Shown piece after piece: positions 7,446-17,210 of a stretch of 64,000 nucleotides of DNA. Origin of the DNA: an uncultured Clostridia bacterium (GTDB taxonomy: Bacteria > Bacillota > Clostridia > Oscillospirales > Acutalibacteraceae); NCBI GenBank assembly GCA_946184925.1, contig CAMHHL010000001.1, forward strand, positions 4,974-68,973, read 5' to 3'. The notes below the pieces were generated by a model that was not told the DNA's origin, made no database searches, and saw nothing but the letters and a program-made list of their open reading frames with translations. The number at the start of each line of letters is the position of its first letter. The first letter of the stretch is position 1. The translations under genes and the position numbers were made by a program.

Positions 7446-10385
7446 ATGGCTAAGAAAAAACTAAAGAAAAAACGTCCCGCGGCTCAAACCTCTGCCGACA
7501 CGGCGGAGGCGGTCGAGAGCAGAAAGGTCTCTCTCTTTGAGGTTCCCGAGCAACCCATGCTGAGAACCGGAGGCTTCTTCCACCGCAACCTGTTCATTCT
7601 GCTGTCGTTCGGGATTCCGTTTCTGTTCATGTTCATCGCGTTCGCGATTAAGGGATGTCAGCCCTTCGGCACGAACCAGACGCTCGTCACCGACCTTTGG
7701 CACCAGTACTTCCCGTTTCTCGTCGATTTTCAGGACAAGCTCAAGGGCGGCGAATCGCTGTTCTGGTCTTGGACTCAGGGCGGCGGCACAAACTACTTCT
7801 CGCTGATTGCGTACTACCTCGCAAGTCCGCTGAACATCGTGACGATTTTCCTGCCGACGAGCATAATGTGGCTGAACATGTACCTCACGTTCTCGATTGC
7901 GCTCAAAATCGGTCTCGCCGGCTGCTTCTTCGCAATGTTCCTGCGCTACACCTTCAAGCGCGACGACATCAGCGTTATGCTTGCCTCTGTCGGCTTTGCG
8001 CTCTGCGCTCACTTCATGGGCTACTATTGGTGCGACATCTGGCTCGACACCGTAGCGCTGACGCCGCTTGTTGTGATGGGCTTTGTTGCGCTGATGAGAG
8101 AGGGCAAGTACCGCCTTTATGTAATCACACTCGCGCTCTCGGTGCTTGCGAACTATTACATCGGACTTTTCACCTGCGCGTTCATGGTAATCTGCTTTAT
8201 CGGCTATTCCGTGCTCAGCTGGGGCAAAGACGGCTTCAAGGCTGAAGCAAAGAAATTCGGTTTCAATCTCCTGAAGGTTTTCCTCTGCTCGGTTGTGGCG
8301 CTGATGATAACAGCAGTTCTGATTATTCCGGCGTACTTCGGTCTGCAAACAACCCACGCCGCCGGAAGCGCCTTCCCGACAGGCTATCAGATTAATATCG
8401 GCTCGACTGCCGACCTCTGGGGAACGCTCGACGCGCTCAAGCAGGTTGCCGGCAACACTATGGCTTTTGTCAAGCCGACCAACACCGTCGGACTGCCGAA
8501 CATTGCCTGCGGAATATTCTCGCTCGTGCTCGGAATTATGTTCATGGTTTCAAGAAAAATCAGACTCAGGGACAAAATCCTCGCCGGCGCGCTCATTCTC
8601 TTCCTCTGCATGAGCTTCATCATCCGTCAGCTCGACTATATCTGGCATGGCTTTCATTTTACAAACATGATTCCCTACCGCTTCAGCTATCTCCTCAGCT
8701 TCATACTTGTGCTGATGGCGTTCAAGGCATTCACCGTTATTCATGAAATCAACCTGCTCGACGTTCTTATCACAACGGTTGTGACCGCGCTGTTCATAAT
8801 ATGCTACGCAGGCTCTCACGCCGCGGACACGGATCAGATTACTTTAAAGCTCTTCGGAAACGACGTAATGATTTCCTACTTTATTCTTGCGCTCGTCGGC
8901 TCGATTATCCTCGCAGCGGCAACGCTCGCTCTGCTTGCGGTTTACTCGAAGAAGATAATCACAACCCCGGTGCTCTGCATCCTGATTTCCGCTGTTGTTC
9001 TGATTCAGGGCGGAATCACGGCATTCATCGGAGTTGAGGCGACAGGCGTAACAACCACTTATGACTATCCGCGCGGCGACAACGCTCTCACCACCGACGC
9101 CGACGGCAACAGCGTCACCGAAAACCACACCGCCAAGGTGGTAGAATACATGAAGGAGCGCGAGAAGAACACCCCCGAGCTCTGGAGAGGCGAATTCACA
9201 AGCACCCAGACGCTCTGCGACTCGGCGCTCAACGGCTTCAACGGCGTGTCGATGTTCAACTCGCTCACCAACGAAAGCATCACGCGCTTTGCCGAGAACT
9301 TCGGACTGATGGGCTGGCTCGCCGGCAACCGCTACACCTACGCCGAAAGCTCGCCCGTTACAGACCTATTCATGAACCTGAAATACATGATTGCGCGCGA
9401 CGGCAACCTCAACGACCTCGACTATTGGAATGAGATTTTCTCCGACTCCAGCGTCAAGCTCTTTGAGAACAAGTCGTATATTCCGATGGGCACGATAGCT
9501 AACTCTACACTCAAAAATTACGGCGGCGAAGAACCCGAGGATACCTACAATCCCTTTGACAATCAGAACGAGTTCTTCAAACTCGCGACCGGCGTCAAGG
9601 ACGACGTTTACACCAAGGTTGACATCAAGGACGTCGGACATACCGATATGACCGGGCACCCGGTTTACCGCCTTGACTACGGCTACTATCAATATAACTA
9701 TCAGGGTTTGGACGAGACGCCTGTTCTCAAGTTCAACTATGAGGCTCCCGAGGACGGTTATTACTACGCATATACCCTCATCAACGACGTTGACAACGTG
9801 ACTGTCTCGAAGAACGACAGCCCCAGAACCGGAACCTCGAGTTTCTATATCAAACGCCCCTACATCATGTCAATCGGACAGTATTCCAAGGGCGAGAGAA
9901 TCAACATTGACGCAACTCTCAAGCAGGGCGCCAGCGGCACAATGAGAATATACGTCAACAAATTCAACAGCGATGTGTTCGACAAGGGCGTTGAAGTGCT
10001 CAAAAAGAGCGTCATGACGACCACGAACCTCACCGGCTCGTCGATGGCAGGCACAATCGACGCTGACCGCGACGGACTGTTCCTGACCTCTATCCCCTAT
10101 GAATCGGGCAGAACGAAGAAAGACACCCTCATCGGAAAGCTTCTCGGAAGCGACAACGAGGGATGGACGGCGACAGTCGACGGCAAGCCCGTGGAAATCA
10201 AGCCGGTTGCCCACGCTCTCGTAGCCTTTGACATGACAAAGGGCAAGCACGAGGTGAGCATGAGTTATCTGCCGAAGGGCTTCATCAAGGGCACGATAAT
10301 CACCTGCACCGGTCTTGTTCTGTTCATCGGATACACACTGTTTGTCTTCATCAGAAAGAAAAAGGCGAAAAAAACCGCCGACTAA
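7446..10385 (+). CDS. YfhO-family GT-C membrane glycosyltransferase
   Basis: DLWHQYFPF, G.NY..LIAYYLASP, YQLDYIWHGFH..N.IPYRFSY, SIPYE.G...GWTATVDG; many TM helices plus large extracellular domain. Confidence 0.9.
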   Translation: MAKKKLKKKRPAAQTSADTAEAVESRKVSLFEVPEQPMLRTGGFFHRNLFILLSFGIPFLFMFIAFAIKGCQPFGTNQTLVTDLWHQYFPFLVDFQDKLKGGESLFWSWTQGGGTNYFSLIAYYLASPLNIVTIFLPTSIMWLNMYLTFSIALKIGLAGCFFAMFLRYTFKRDDISVMLASVGFALCAHFMGYYWCDIWLDTVALTPLVVMGFVALMREGKYRLYVITLALSVLANYYIGLFTCAFMVICFIGYSVLSWGKDGFKAEAKKFGFNLLKVFLCSVVALMITAVLIIPAYFGLQTTHAAGSAFPTGYQINIGSTADLWGTLDALKQVAGNTMAFVKPTNTVGLPNIACGIFSLVLGIMFMVSRKIRLRDKILAGALILFLCMSFIIRQLDYIWHGFHFTNMIPYRFSYLLSFILVLMAFKAFTVIHEINLLDVLITTVVTALFIICYAGSHAADTDQITLKLFGNDVMISYFILALVGSIILAAATLALLAVYSKKIITTPVLCILISAVVLIQGGITAFIGVEATGVTTTYDYPRGDNALTTDADGNSVTENHTAKVVEYMKEREKNTPELWRGEFTSTQTLCDSALNGFNGVSMFNSLTNESITRFAENFGLMGWLAGNRYTYAESSPVTDLFMNLKYMIARDGNLNDLDYWNEIFSDSSVKLFENKSYIPMGTIANSTLKNYGGEEPEDTYNPFDNQNEFFKLATGVKDDVYTKVDIKDVGHTDMTGHPVYRLDYGYYQYNYQGLDETPVLKFNYEAPEDGYYYAYTLINDVDNVTVSKNDSPRTGTSSFYIKRPYIMSIGQYSKGERINIDATLKQGASGTMRIYVNKFNSDVFDKGVEVLKKSVMTTTNLTGSSMAGTIDADRDGLFLTSIPYESGRTKKDTLIGKLLGSDNEGWTATVDGKPVEIKPVAHALVAFDMTKGKHEVSMSYLPKGFIKGTIITCTGLVLFIGYTLFVFIRKKKAKKTAD

Positions 10386-10409
10386 ATATCAAAGAAAGAA
10401 GGAAAAGAT

Positions 10410-11006
10410 ATGAGTTTTTGTCCTAACTGCGGAAATCAGGTTGAACAGGAGAGCAGCTTTTGCCCCAACTGCGGCGCCAAGCTGGCTCAGGAGAGCTTTC
10501 AACAGCAGAACCCCTATCAACAGCAGAATCCCTATCAGCAGCAGAATCCCTACTCTCAGCCTCAGAACTACGGACAGGTTCCGCCCTATCCCTACGGAAC
10601 ACAGCCTCAGGGAGTTTCCGCTTATCCCTACAGCACCAAAAAGACACCGGGAAAAGGTCTCGCGATCGCCGCGATGATTCTCGGTATAATCGGAGTTATC
10701 ATCGCGCTTTTCATGCTCGGAATAAAAACCTACGGCGCAGAGCTGATAAGGAGCGGAGCTATTTGGGCGTATATAGATAAATATCAATACAACTTCTACG
10801 ACCTCGAACAGCTCTACTTCTTTTTTAGCGTTGGAATCGGCTCGCTTCTTGCGTGCTTCTCAATTATCCCGATACTCTCGCTCATCTTCGGGCTGGTTTC
10901 GGTTTTCTCAAAGAAGTTTAAAAAGCCGCTCGGATATGTCGGTCTTATCGCCGGCTGCGCGGGATTTATCATCTTCATCATCATTCTGGTTCTTTGCTTC
11001 ATATAA
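10410..11006 (+). CDS. Zinc-ribbon membrane protein
   Basis: N-terminal CPNCG x2, Gln/Pro-rich linker, three TM segments. Confidence 0.8.
   Translation: MSFCPNCGNQVEQESSFCPNCGAKLAQESFQQQNPYQQQNPYQQQNPYSQPQNYGQVPPYPYGTQPQGVSAYPYSTKKTPGKGLAIAAMILGIIGVIIALFMLGIKTYGAELIRSGAIWAYIDKYQYNFYDLEQLYFFFSVGIGSLLACFSIIPILSLIFGLVSVFSKKFKKPLGYVGLIAGCAGFIIFIIILVLCFI
10500..10554 (+). repeat. In-frame 18-bp tandem repeat x3 (QQQNPY)
   Basis: aacagcagaacccctatc aacagcagaatccctatc agcagcagaatccctact. Confidence 0.8.
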
Positions 11007-11012
11007 CGAAAC

Positions 11013-11040
11013 GGGGCAGTTCACGCGAACTGCCCCTTAT
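11013..11040. terminator. Intrinsic terminator between convergent genes
   Basis: ggggcagttc / gaactgcccc 10-bp stem. Confidence 0.7.
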
Positions 11041-11151
11041 TATTTATACCAATATAACCAAGCGATTGTCCTGCATGCTGCCGGACGTCGCTTTTTTACT
11101 ATTCACGCAAAGAAACGCTTTCTTTACGTGAGCATATTTATTCAGTACACA

Positions 11152-13341
11152 TTATTTTACTTTGACTACGCATTTCATTGTAACGCCGTTTGATTTGACG
11201 GTTATTGTGGTCTTGCCCCTTTTGCGCGCCCTGACCTTGCCCTTGGAGTTTACCGTAGCTATTTTTTTGTTTGCGGATTTGAAGGTTGCTTTGCCTACCT
11301 TGCCCACAATTTTGATGGTGTAGGTATTGCCCTTTTTGAGCGTGAAGGTCTTTTTGGTGAGCTTGGGAGCGACGACGGTGACGGTGATTTTTGCGGTAAT
11401 TCCGCTTGAATTTGCGGTAACTACGGTCTTGCCTGCCTTCTTGCCGGTAATCACGCCCTTGCTGCTGACCGAGGCGATGCTCTTGTTCTTTGAGGTATAT
11501 TTTACCGAACCGCCGAAGTCGTTCGTAACCTTGCAGGTCTGCTTGACATAAAGCTTGACCGAGAGCTTGACTGTTTTCACCGTGGGAACCGGAACGTCCG
11601 GCTCCGGCTCGCTGTTGAGCTCCTCAAAACTTATGCCGTAGGACTTGGCGTAGCTCTCGGCAACCGAGCCCTTTTTGCCTTTCAGAGTAATATTGACGCA
11701 GCCCATGAACGCGTTCTTGCCGATTGCCGCTACAGTGTCGGGAACCAACAGCTCGCCGAGCGATTCACACCCCATGAACGCGGCGGATTCAATCCGCTTC
11801 AGGTTCTTGGGCAAGGTAACGCTCTCGAGCTTTGTGCAATTATAGAACAGCAGAGAAGGAACTTCTGTTATAGTGTCGGGAATAATAACGTTTTTCAGCG
11901 AGGTGTTGCCCGCGAGAAGGTTGCTGCCGAGTTCGGTGACGGTTTTCCCGTTAATCGTGTCGGGAAGGATAAGGTTTTCGTCTGAGGTTTCATATCGGAG
12001 AAGCTTAACGGTGCCGTCAGCCTTAACCTCATAGCTGTCGACTGACAGCGGAGCCTTGGGATTGTTGCCTGTCGGCTCGGGAAAATCTCCGCTCAGAGCA
12101 TAGATAACATCCATGTCGGAAGGGTTTTTCTTGATTGTAACGCGGAGCGTTCCGTCGAGCCTGAACGCCAGTCCGTAGATGTCATAATCGGTATTTTCCG
12201 GCTTTGTATAAATCGCCTCCGGCTTGGTGCTGCCGGGCTCGAGACGGTAGATGCTGTCGGTGTCGTTGAAATAAAAATACTTGCCGTCATAGGCGAGGTA
12301 ACAGTATGCCCTCTCCCAGAAAGCGCCGTTAGCCATGTCCGCAACCAACCAGCGCGCGGTGGTCATATACTGGGATTTGTTGGCGCCCGTGTCACGGTTG
12401 CGGCGCATAAGCGAGCCGTAGATGCTTGCAGAGTAGAGCTGGTCGATATAATAATCGCTGTCGCCGATTTTATATATAGCCGTACTGACATTTTTTACCC
12501 AGCTTTTGTCGTAAATTTTGCTGCCTGCCTTCGCCGAGCTCGCCCAGTCGTGATGTACTCCGCCGGAAGAAATCTCATTGTCACTGAGCAAAAACCACTT
12601 GTGCTCAACCCTGCCGAGGTTGTCGTTGCTCGGGTCGTCATAGGTAACATCGACGTGATAGATTTTGCCGTCTATATAAACCAGATTCCACGAATGGCGC
12701 ATCGGAAGACTCTGGATATAATGGGATTCAACGCCGACCTTCGAGAGCAGATGCTTGTACGCAAGGGTATAGCCCTCACACACCGCGTCGTTCATTACCA
12801 TAGCGCCGTAAGCGGTGAATATCAGCAAATCCTGGTTGAACTCCTCCATATCATACTCGCATGTGAGTACAAGCTTGTCGTGGAGATAGAGCGCCTTGTC
12901 ACAGTCGCTCCAATCGGGCGAGATTCCCTCGAGGTATTTTTCCGTAGCCTTGTCGAACTCGGCAACAGCGTCGGTGAGCGCGCTGCCCGTGAGCAGATAA
13001 TAAGGGCGGATTGAAATCAAATCGTTGGTCTCGACCCTGACAGTGGTTTCAAAATCGTGAGGATTTATATAGAAGATATCGGGATTCTCGCAGAGTACGC
13101 TGAAAAAAATCGAGTCGATATCCTTGACATTAACTCCGAAGCTCTCAACCGAAATATCCGTTTTATACTCCCGGAACTGCCCGGCGAGATAATCGCACAG
13201 TTCGGGATACAGCACCGTGATTTCGCTCGGAGAATGCTGCTTTAGAAGCTCGCCGCTGTTGATGGTATCCTCGGCGTTAGCCGTGACGCAGCAGGAGCAA
13301 AGCATAAGCATCACAAGAAGCAGTGCGGTAAATTTTTTCAT
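11152..13341 (-). CDS. Secreted transglutaminase-like protein with BspA-type leucine-rich repeats and C-terminal Ig-like (Big_2) repeats
   Basis: Signal peptide MKKFTALLL..ANA; Cys-His-Asp motifs VCEGY, HSWNLV, VDVTYDD; LRR IPDTITEV..LFYNCTKLESVTLP; SKNKSIASVSSKGVITGKKAG repeats; start reset to ATG 13341 (GGTGAG RBS). Confidence 0.85.
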   Translation of the reverse strand: MKKFTALLLVMLMLCSCCVTANAEDTINSGELLKQHSPSEITVLYPELCDYLAGQFREYKTDISVESFGVNVKDIDSIFFSVLCENPDIFYINPHDFETTVRVETNDLISIRPYYLLTGSALTDAVAEFDKATEKYLEGISPDWSDCDKALYLHDKLVLTCEYDMEEFNQDLLIFTAYGAMVMNDAVCEGYTLAYKHLLSKVGVESHYIQSLPMRHSWNLVYIDGKIYHVDVTYDDPSNDNLGRVEHKWFLLSDNEISSGGVHHDWASSAKAGSKIYDKSWVKNVSTAIYKIGDSDYYIDQLYSASIYGSLMRRNRDTGANKSQYMTTARWLVADMANGAFWERAYCYLAYDGKYFYFNDTDSIYRLEPGSTKPEAIYTKPENTDYDIYGLAFRLDGTLRVTIKKNPSDMDVIYALSGDFPEPTGNNPKAPLSVDSYEVKADGTVKLLRYETSDENLILPDTINGKTVTELGSNLLAGNTSLKNVIIPDTITEVPSLLFYNCTKLESVTLPKNLKRIESAAFMGCESLGELLVPDTVAAIGKNAFMGCVNITLKGKKGSVAESYAKSYGISFEELNSEPEPDVPVPTVKTVKLSVKLYVKQTCKVTNDFGGSVKYTSKNKSIASVSSKGVITGKKAGKTVVTANSSGITAKITVTVVAPKLTKKTFTLKKGNTYTIKIVGKVGKATFKSANKKIATVNSKGKVRARKRGKTTITVKSNGVTMKCVVKVK

Positions 13342-13356
13342 AATCTCACCTACTTT

Positions 13357-13440
13357 AGGCAACACCGCACAATTTACGGCGCACGCCTTGCTTGAATATT
13401 GTTCCGTCATGTTGCCCAAAAAAGTCTCGGCAAGGCGTCA
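13357..13440. repeat. 84-bp element, copy 1 (exact reverse complement of 61604-61687)
   Basis: Base-by-base comparison: 84/84 identical, mismatch immediately on both sides. Confidence 0.97.
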
Positions 13441-13519
13441 GCCTTACCTCGATTTTTTGTCCAACCTGACGAAAAATCTTACTTCGCAATCCGCACACCT
13501 AAATTATGCGGTATTGCCT
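13357..13519 (-). ncRNA. Candidate structured 5' leader RNA (not matched to any known family)
   Basis: Terminal 20-bp stem 13500-13519/13357-13376 with two U-G wobbles on the minus strand, two internal hairpins, starts 7 nt after a -10 box. Confidence 0.55.
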
Positions 13520-13526
13520 TTATTCT

Positions 13527-13555
13527 ATTTTATACCAAGGTAACGTTCTTGTCAA
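13527..13555 (-). promoter_or_regulatory. SigA-type promoter of the transglutaminase-like gene
   Basis: Minus strand TTGACA-17 nt-TAAAAT. Confidence 0.75.
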
Positions 13556-13659
13556 CGCAAATCTCGTGCACATTGCACAAAGAAGCGATAATTTTTCGAT
13601 GAATTTTTCCCGAAATGACCGCATATAAATGTACCAAATGATTATCCGGAGGGCTTTAT

Positions 13660-13926
13660 GTGAAAGGTATAGTGGAAGAAAGAGCCGCAATGCTCGGCGA
13701 ATACATAATCGAAAGCAAGGCGACAGTCCGCTCCGCGGCAAAAAAGTTCGGAATCAGCAAGAGTACCGTCCACAAGGATGTAAGCCAGCGCCTCAAGAGC
13801 GTAAATCCCGGGCTGTACAGGGAAGTCAGGGAAATCCTCGACACAAACAAGAGCCAGCGCCATATCCGCGGCGGAATGGCGACAAGGAACAAGTATCTGC
13901 TGAGAAAAGCGGAAAACCAACATTGA
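13660..13926 (+). CDS. spoIIID: Sporulation transcription regulator SpoIIID
   Basis: YII..KATVR.AAKKFGISKSTVHKDV.QRL...N...RHIRGG.AT. Confidence 0.95.
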   Translation: MKGIVEERAAMLGEYIIESKATVRSAAKKFGISKSTVHKDVSQRLKSVNPGLYREVREILDTNKSQRHIRGGMATRNKYLLRKAENQH

Positions 13927-13930
13927 AAAA

Positions 13931-13970
13931 GGGAAGAAAACGCGGCAGCTGCGTGCGTTTTCTTCCCTGT
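13931..13970. terminator. Bidirectional terminator spoIIID/glnS
   Basis: 13-bp stem gggaagaaaacgc / gcgttttcttccc. Confidence 0.7.
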
Positions 13971-13974
13971 TCTT

Positions 13975-15648
13975 TTATTTTTTCTTAAAGCTGTCTTTGA
14001 GCCCTACGCTGCGGTTGAACACAAGAGCTTCCGGGGTGCTGTCCTTGCTGTCGGCGCAGAAGTAGCCCTGACGCATGAACTGGAAGCGATCTTCGGGTTT
14101 TGCCGAGACGAGAGCCTTCTCTACCTTGCAGTTTTTGAGCACGACGAGCGACTCGGGATTGATGTAATCGGTGAAGTCGCCCTCCTCGCCGTCCGGGTCG
14201 GGAACCGTGAAAAGATTGTCATAAAGCCTTATCTCAGCGTTCGCGCAGTCCCGCGCGTTAACCCAGTGGATTGTACCGCGAACCTTGCGCCCGTCGGGAG
14301 TATTTCCGCCTCTTGTCTCGGGATCATACTCGGCATAAACCTCAACGACCTCGCCGTTTTCGTCCTTTTTGCAGCCTGTACACTTTACAACATAGGCGCT
14401 CTTGATTCTGACCTCGTTGCCGGGGTAAAGACGCTGATACTTCTTGAACGGCTCCTCCATAAAGTCGGTGGATTCAATATAGAGCTCACGCGAGAAGGTG
14501 ACGGTTCTGGTGCCCATCTCGGGATGATTGGGGTGATTTTCTATCTCGAATTCCTCGGTTTTGTCCTCGGGGTAATTCGTAATCACGAGCTTCACGGGAT
14601 CAAGCACAGCCATAGCACGCGCGGCGTTTTCGTTAAGGTCGTCGCGGAGACAGTGCTCGAGGAAGCTGTACTCAACGGTTGAGTTGACCTTGGAAACGCC
14701 AATCCGGTCGGTAAAGCTGCGGATTGAAGCCGGGGTGTATCCGCGGCGGCGCATTCCGCAGAGCGTGGGCATGCGCGGATCGTCCCAGCCGCTGACGAAG
14801 TTTTCCTCGACAAGCTGACGGAGCTTGCGCTTGCTCATGACGGTGTTGTTGATTCCGAGACGCGCGAACTCAATCTGACGCGGCTTTGACGGAGCTGAAA
14901 TGTTCTCAACAACCCAGTCGTAGAGCGGTCGGTGGGCTTCGAACTCGAGAGTGCACAGCGAATGAGTGATTCCCTCAATCGCGTCCTCAATCGGGTGAGC
15001 AAAGTCATACATGGGATAGATGCACCATTTGCCGCCGGTGCGGTGGTGATGCATATGATTAATTCTGTAGATTACCGGGTCGCGAAGGCTGAAATTGCCG
15101 GACGCGAGGTCAATCTTCGCGCGCAGCGTCATTCTGCCCTCCTCAAATTCGCCGTTTCTCATGCGCCTGAAAAGGTCGATGTTTTCCTTGACCGGGCGGT
15201 CGCGATAAGGGCTTTTTGCCGGGGTTGTGAGGTCGCCGCGATACTCGCGCATTTGCTCTCCCGTAAGCTCGCAAACATACGCAAGTCCCTTGTTGATTAG
15301 CTCCACGGCATAGTCATACATCTGCTCAAAATAATCGGAAGCGTAGTAGAACCTGTCCTCCCAATCGAAGCCGAGCCACTTGATGTCCTCTTTTATCGCG
15401 TCGACATACTCAACATCCTCCTTGGTAGGGTTGGTGTCGTCCATGCGAAGATTACACAGTCCGCCGAACTTTTCCGCGGTGCCGAAATCAACGCAAATCG
15501 CCTTTGCGTGACCGATGTGAAGATAGCCGTTCGGCTCCGGCGGAAAACGGGTGTGAACCCTTTTTCCGTAATATTCGCCGCCCTCGGAGATGTCCTCCGT
15601 AATAAAGCGGTGTATAAAATTTTCGTTAACTAATTTTTCATCTGCCAT
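13975..15648 (-). CDS. glnS: Glutamine--tRNA ligase
   Basis: [50 protein letters not shown]. Confidence 0.97.
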   Translation of the reverse strand: MADEKLVNENFIHRFITEDISEGGEYYGKRVHTRFPPEPNGYLHIGHAKAICVDFGTAEKFGGLCNLRMDDTNPTKEDVEYVDAIKEDIKWLGFDWEDRFYYASDYFEQMYDYAVELINKGLAYVCELTGEQMREYRGDLTTPAKSPYRDRPVKENIDLFRRMRNGEFEEGRMTLRAKIDLASGNFSLRDPVIYRINHMHHHRTGGKWCIYPMYDFAHPIEDAIEGITHSLCTLEFEAHRPLYDWVVENISAPSKPRQIEFARLGINNTVMSKRKLRQLVEENFVSGWDDPRMPTLCGMRRRGYTPASIRSFTDRIGVSKVNSTVEYSFLEHCLRDDLNENAARAMAVLDPVKLVITNYPEDKTEEFEIENHPNHPEMGTRTVTFSRELYIESTDFMEEPFKKYQRLYPGNEVRIKSAYVVKCTGCKKDENGEVVEVYAEYDPETRGGNTPDGRKVRGTIHWVNARDCANAEIRLYDNLFTVPDPDGEEGDFTDYINPESLVVLKNCKVEKALVSAKPEDRFQFMRQGYFCADSKDSTPEALVFNRSVGLKDSFKKK

Positions 15649-15662
15649 AAGAATACCTGCTA

Positions 15663-17114
15663 TTATAATTTTTTTAGTCCTTTTTCAAGTCTTCTGAGAC
15701 TCTCGTCGCGACCGAGAATGTCAAGAATCTCAATCGCTCCGCCCGGTGTGACGGTCTGTCCTGCCGCCGCGATGCGAACCGGCCACATGACCGTGCCGTT
15801 TTTGAGCTCCTTTTCCTGAGCCATATTAATAAGACAATCGTGGATGCTGTCGGCGTTCCACTCGGGGAGAGCCTTGAGCCTCTCGTACGCTTCCCTGAGA
15901 ATTGAGGGAACGTTGTCGAGGTTGGTTTTGCTCTTTTTATTGACAAAAAGCTCGGTGCCGTACTCGGGAAGCTCGGCGAAGAAGCGGAGCTTGTCGGGAA
16001 TGTCGGTGAACTTTTCGGTTCTCTTCTGCAAAATTCCGGCGAACTTTGCGTAATCCATCGGCTTATCGCCGAAAACCTCCTTGTAATAAGGCATGGCGTG
16101 CGCGGTGAATTCTTCCTCGGACATCGCCTTGATGTACTCGGCGTTGAACCAGAGCAGCTTGTCATAGTCGAACACCGCCGGGGATTTTGAGATACCCTCG
16201 ATGAAGAACGCCTGCTCGAGCTCCTTCATCGAGAAGATTTCCCGATTGTCCTTGGGGCACCAGCCGAGGAGCGCGATGTAGTTGATAATCGCCTCGGGGA
16301 GATAGCCCTGCTCAACCAAGTCCTCAAAGCCGGTCGCGCCGTGGCGCTTGGAAAGCTTGGAGACGGAGCCGTCCTCGTTCTTGCCCATAATCAGCGGCAG
16401 GTGAACGTAGGTCGGGATTTCCCATCCGAACGCGTCGTAAAGAAGATTATACTTCGGCGTGGAGCTGAGATATTCGCTTCCGCGGACGACGTGAGTAATT
16501 CCCATGGTGTGGTCGTCGATTACGTTCGCGAAGTTGTATGTCGGGTAGCCGTCGGTCTTGATAAGAATTTGATCCTGAAGCTCTGAGTTTTCGACGGTAA
16601 TCTCGCCGAACACGGCGTCCGAGAAGGTTGTGCTGCCCTCGAGCGGCATCTTCTGGCGGATTACATAGGGTGTGCCTGCGGCAAGCTGCGCGTCAATTTC
16701 CTCCTGAGAGAGGTCGCGGCAATGCCTGTCATAGCCGCCGAACTCTGAGTTCTCGGCAAGCTTTTCGAGCCTTTCCTTGGAGCAGAAGCAGCGGTAAGCC
16801 TTTCCGCTTTCGACAAGCTGCTCGGCGTAAGGCAGATACATATCCTTGCGCTCGCTCTGGACATAGGGACCGTAGTCGCCGCCCTTGTCGGGACCTTCGT
16901 CGTGGATTATTCCGGCTGTTTTCAGCGTGTTATAAATTACGTCAACTGCGCCCTCGACGTATCTCTCGCGGTCGGTATCCTCAATTCTGAGGACGAATGT
17001 GCCGCCGTTGGACTTTGCTATAAGATACTCATACAGCGCCGTGCGAAGGTTGCCGACGTGCATAAATCCCGTTGGCGAAGGCGCGTAGCGCGTGCGAACC
17101 TTTTTGATTACCAT
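15663..17114 (-). CDS. gltX: Glutamate--tRNA ligase
   Basis: [36 protein letters not shown]. Confidence 0.97.
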   Translation of the reverse strand: MVIKKVRTRYAPSPTGFMHVGNLRTALYEYLIAKSNGGTFVLRIEDTDRERYVEGAVDVIYNTLKTAGIIHDEGPDKGGDYGPYVQSERKDMYLPYAEQLVESGKAYRCFCSKERLEKLAENSEFGGYDRHCRDLSQEEIDAQLAAGTPYVIRQKMPLEGSTTFSDAVFGEITVENSELQDQILIKTDGYPTYNFANVIDDHTMGITHVVRGSEYLSSTPKYNLLYDAFGWEIPTYVHLPLIMGKNEDGSVSKLSKRHGATGFEDLVEQGYLPEAIINYIALLGWCPKDNREIFSMKELEQAFFIEGISKSPAVFDYDKLLWFNAEYIKAMSEEEFTAHAMPYYKEVFGDKPMDYAKFAGILQKRTEKFTDIPDKLRFFAELPEYGTELFVNKKSKTNLDNVPSILREAYERLKALPEWNADSIHDCLINMAQEKELKNGTVMWPVRIAAAGQTVTPGGAIEILDILGRDESLRRLEKGLKKL

Positions 17115-17148
17115 AAAAATCCCTCTTTGCTTTTAATATATCCGATAT

Positions 17149-17177
17149 ATTATATCATAAGAATATTAAGGTATCAA
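17149..17177 (-). promoter_or_regulatory. SigA-type promoter of gltX-glnS
   Basis: Minus strand TTGATA-17 nt-TATAAT. Confidence 0.7.
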
Positions 17178-17210
17178 GCATTTTTAATTTGGAGTTGATA
17201 GGTCGTATAT

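Noticed and set aside
13357-13440. HDV-like ribozyme: helix order P1-P2-P3-P3'-P1'-P2' can be drawn for the 84-bp element
   Set aside because: L3 is 11 nt without the pyrimidine/CG consensus, there is no P1.1 GG, and no J4/2 catalytic C-R-A in either orientation
13466-13472. CTGACGA hammerhead core motif
   Set aside because: No stem II followed by GAAA or three-stem arrangement; the bases belong to a simple hairpin
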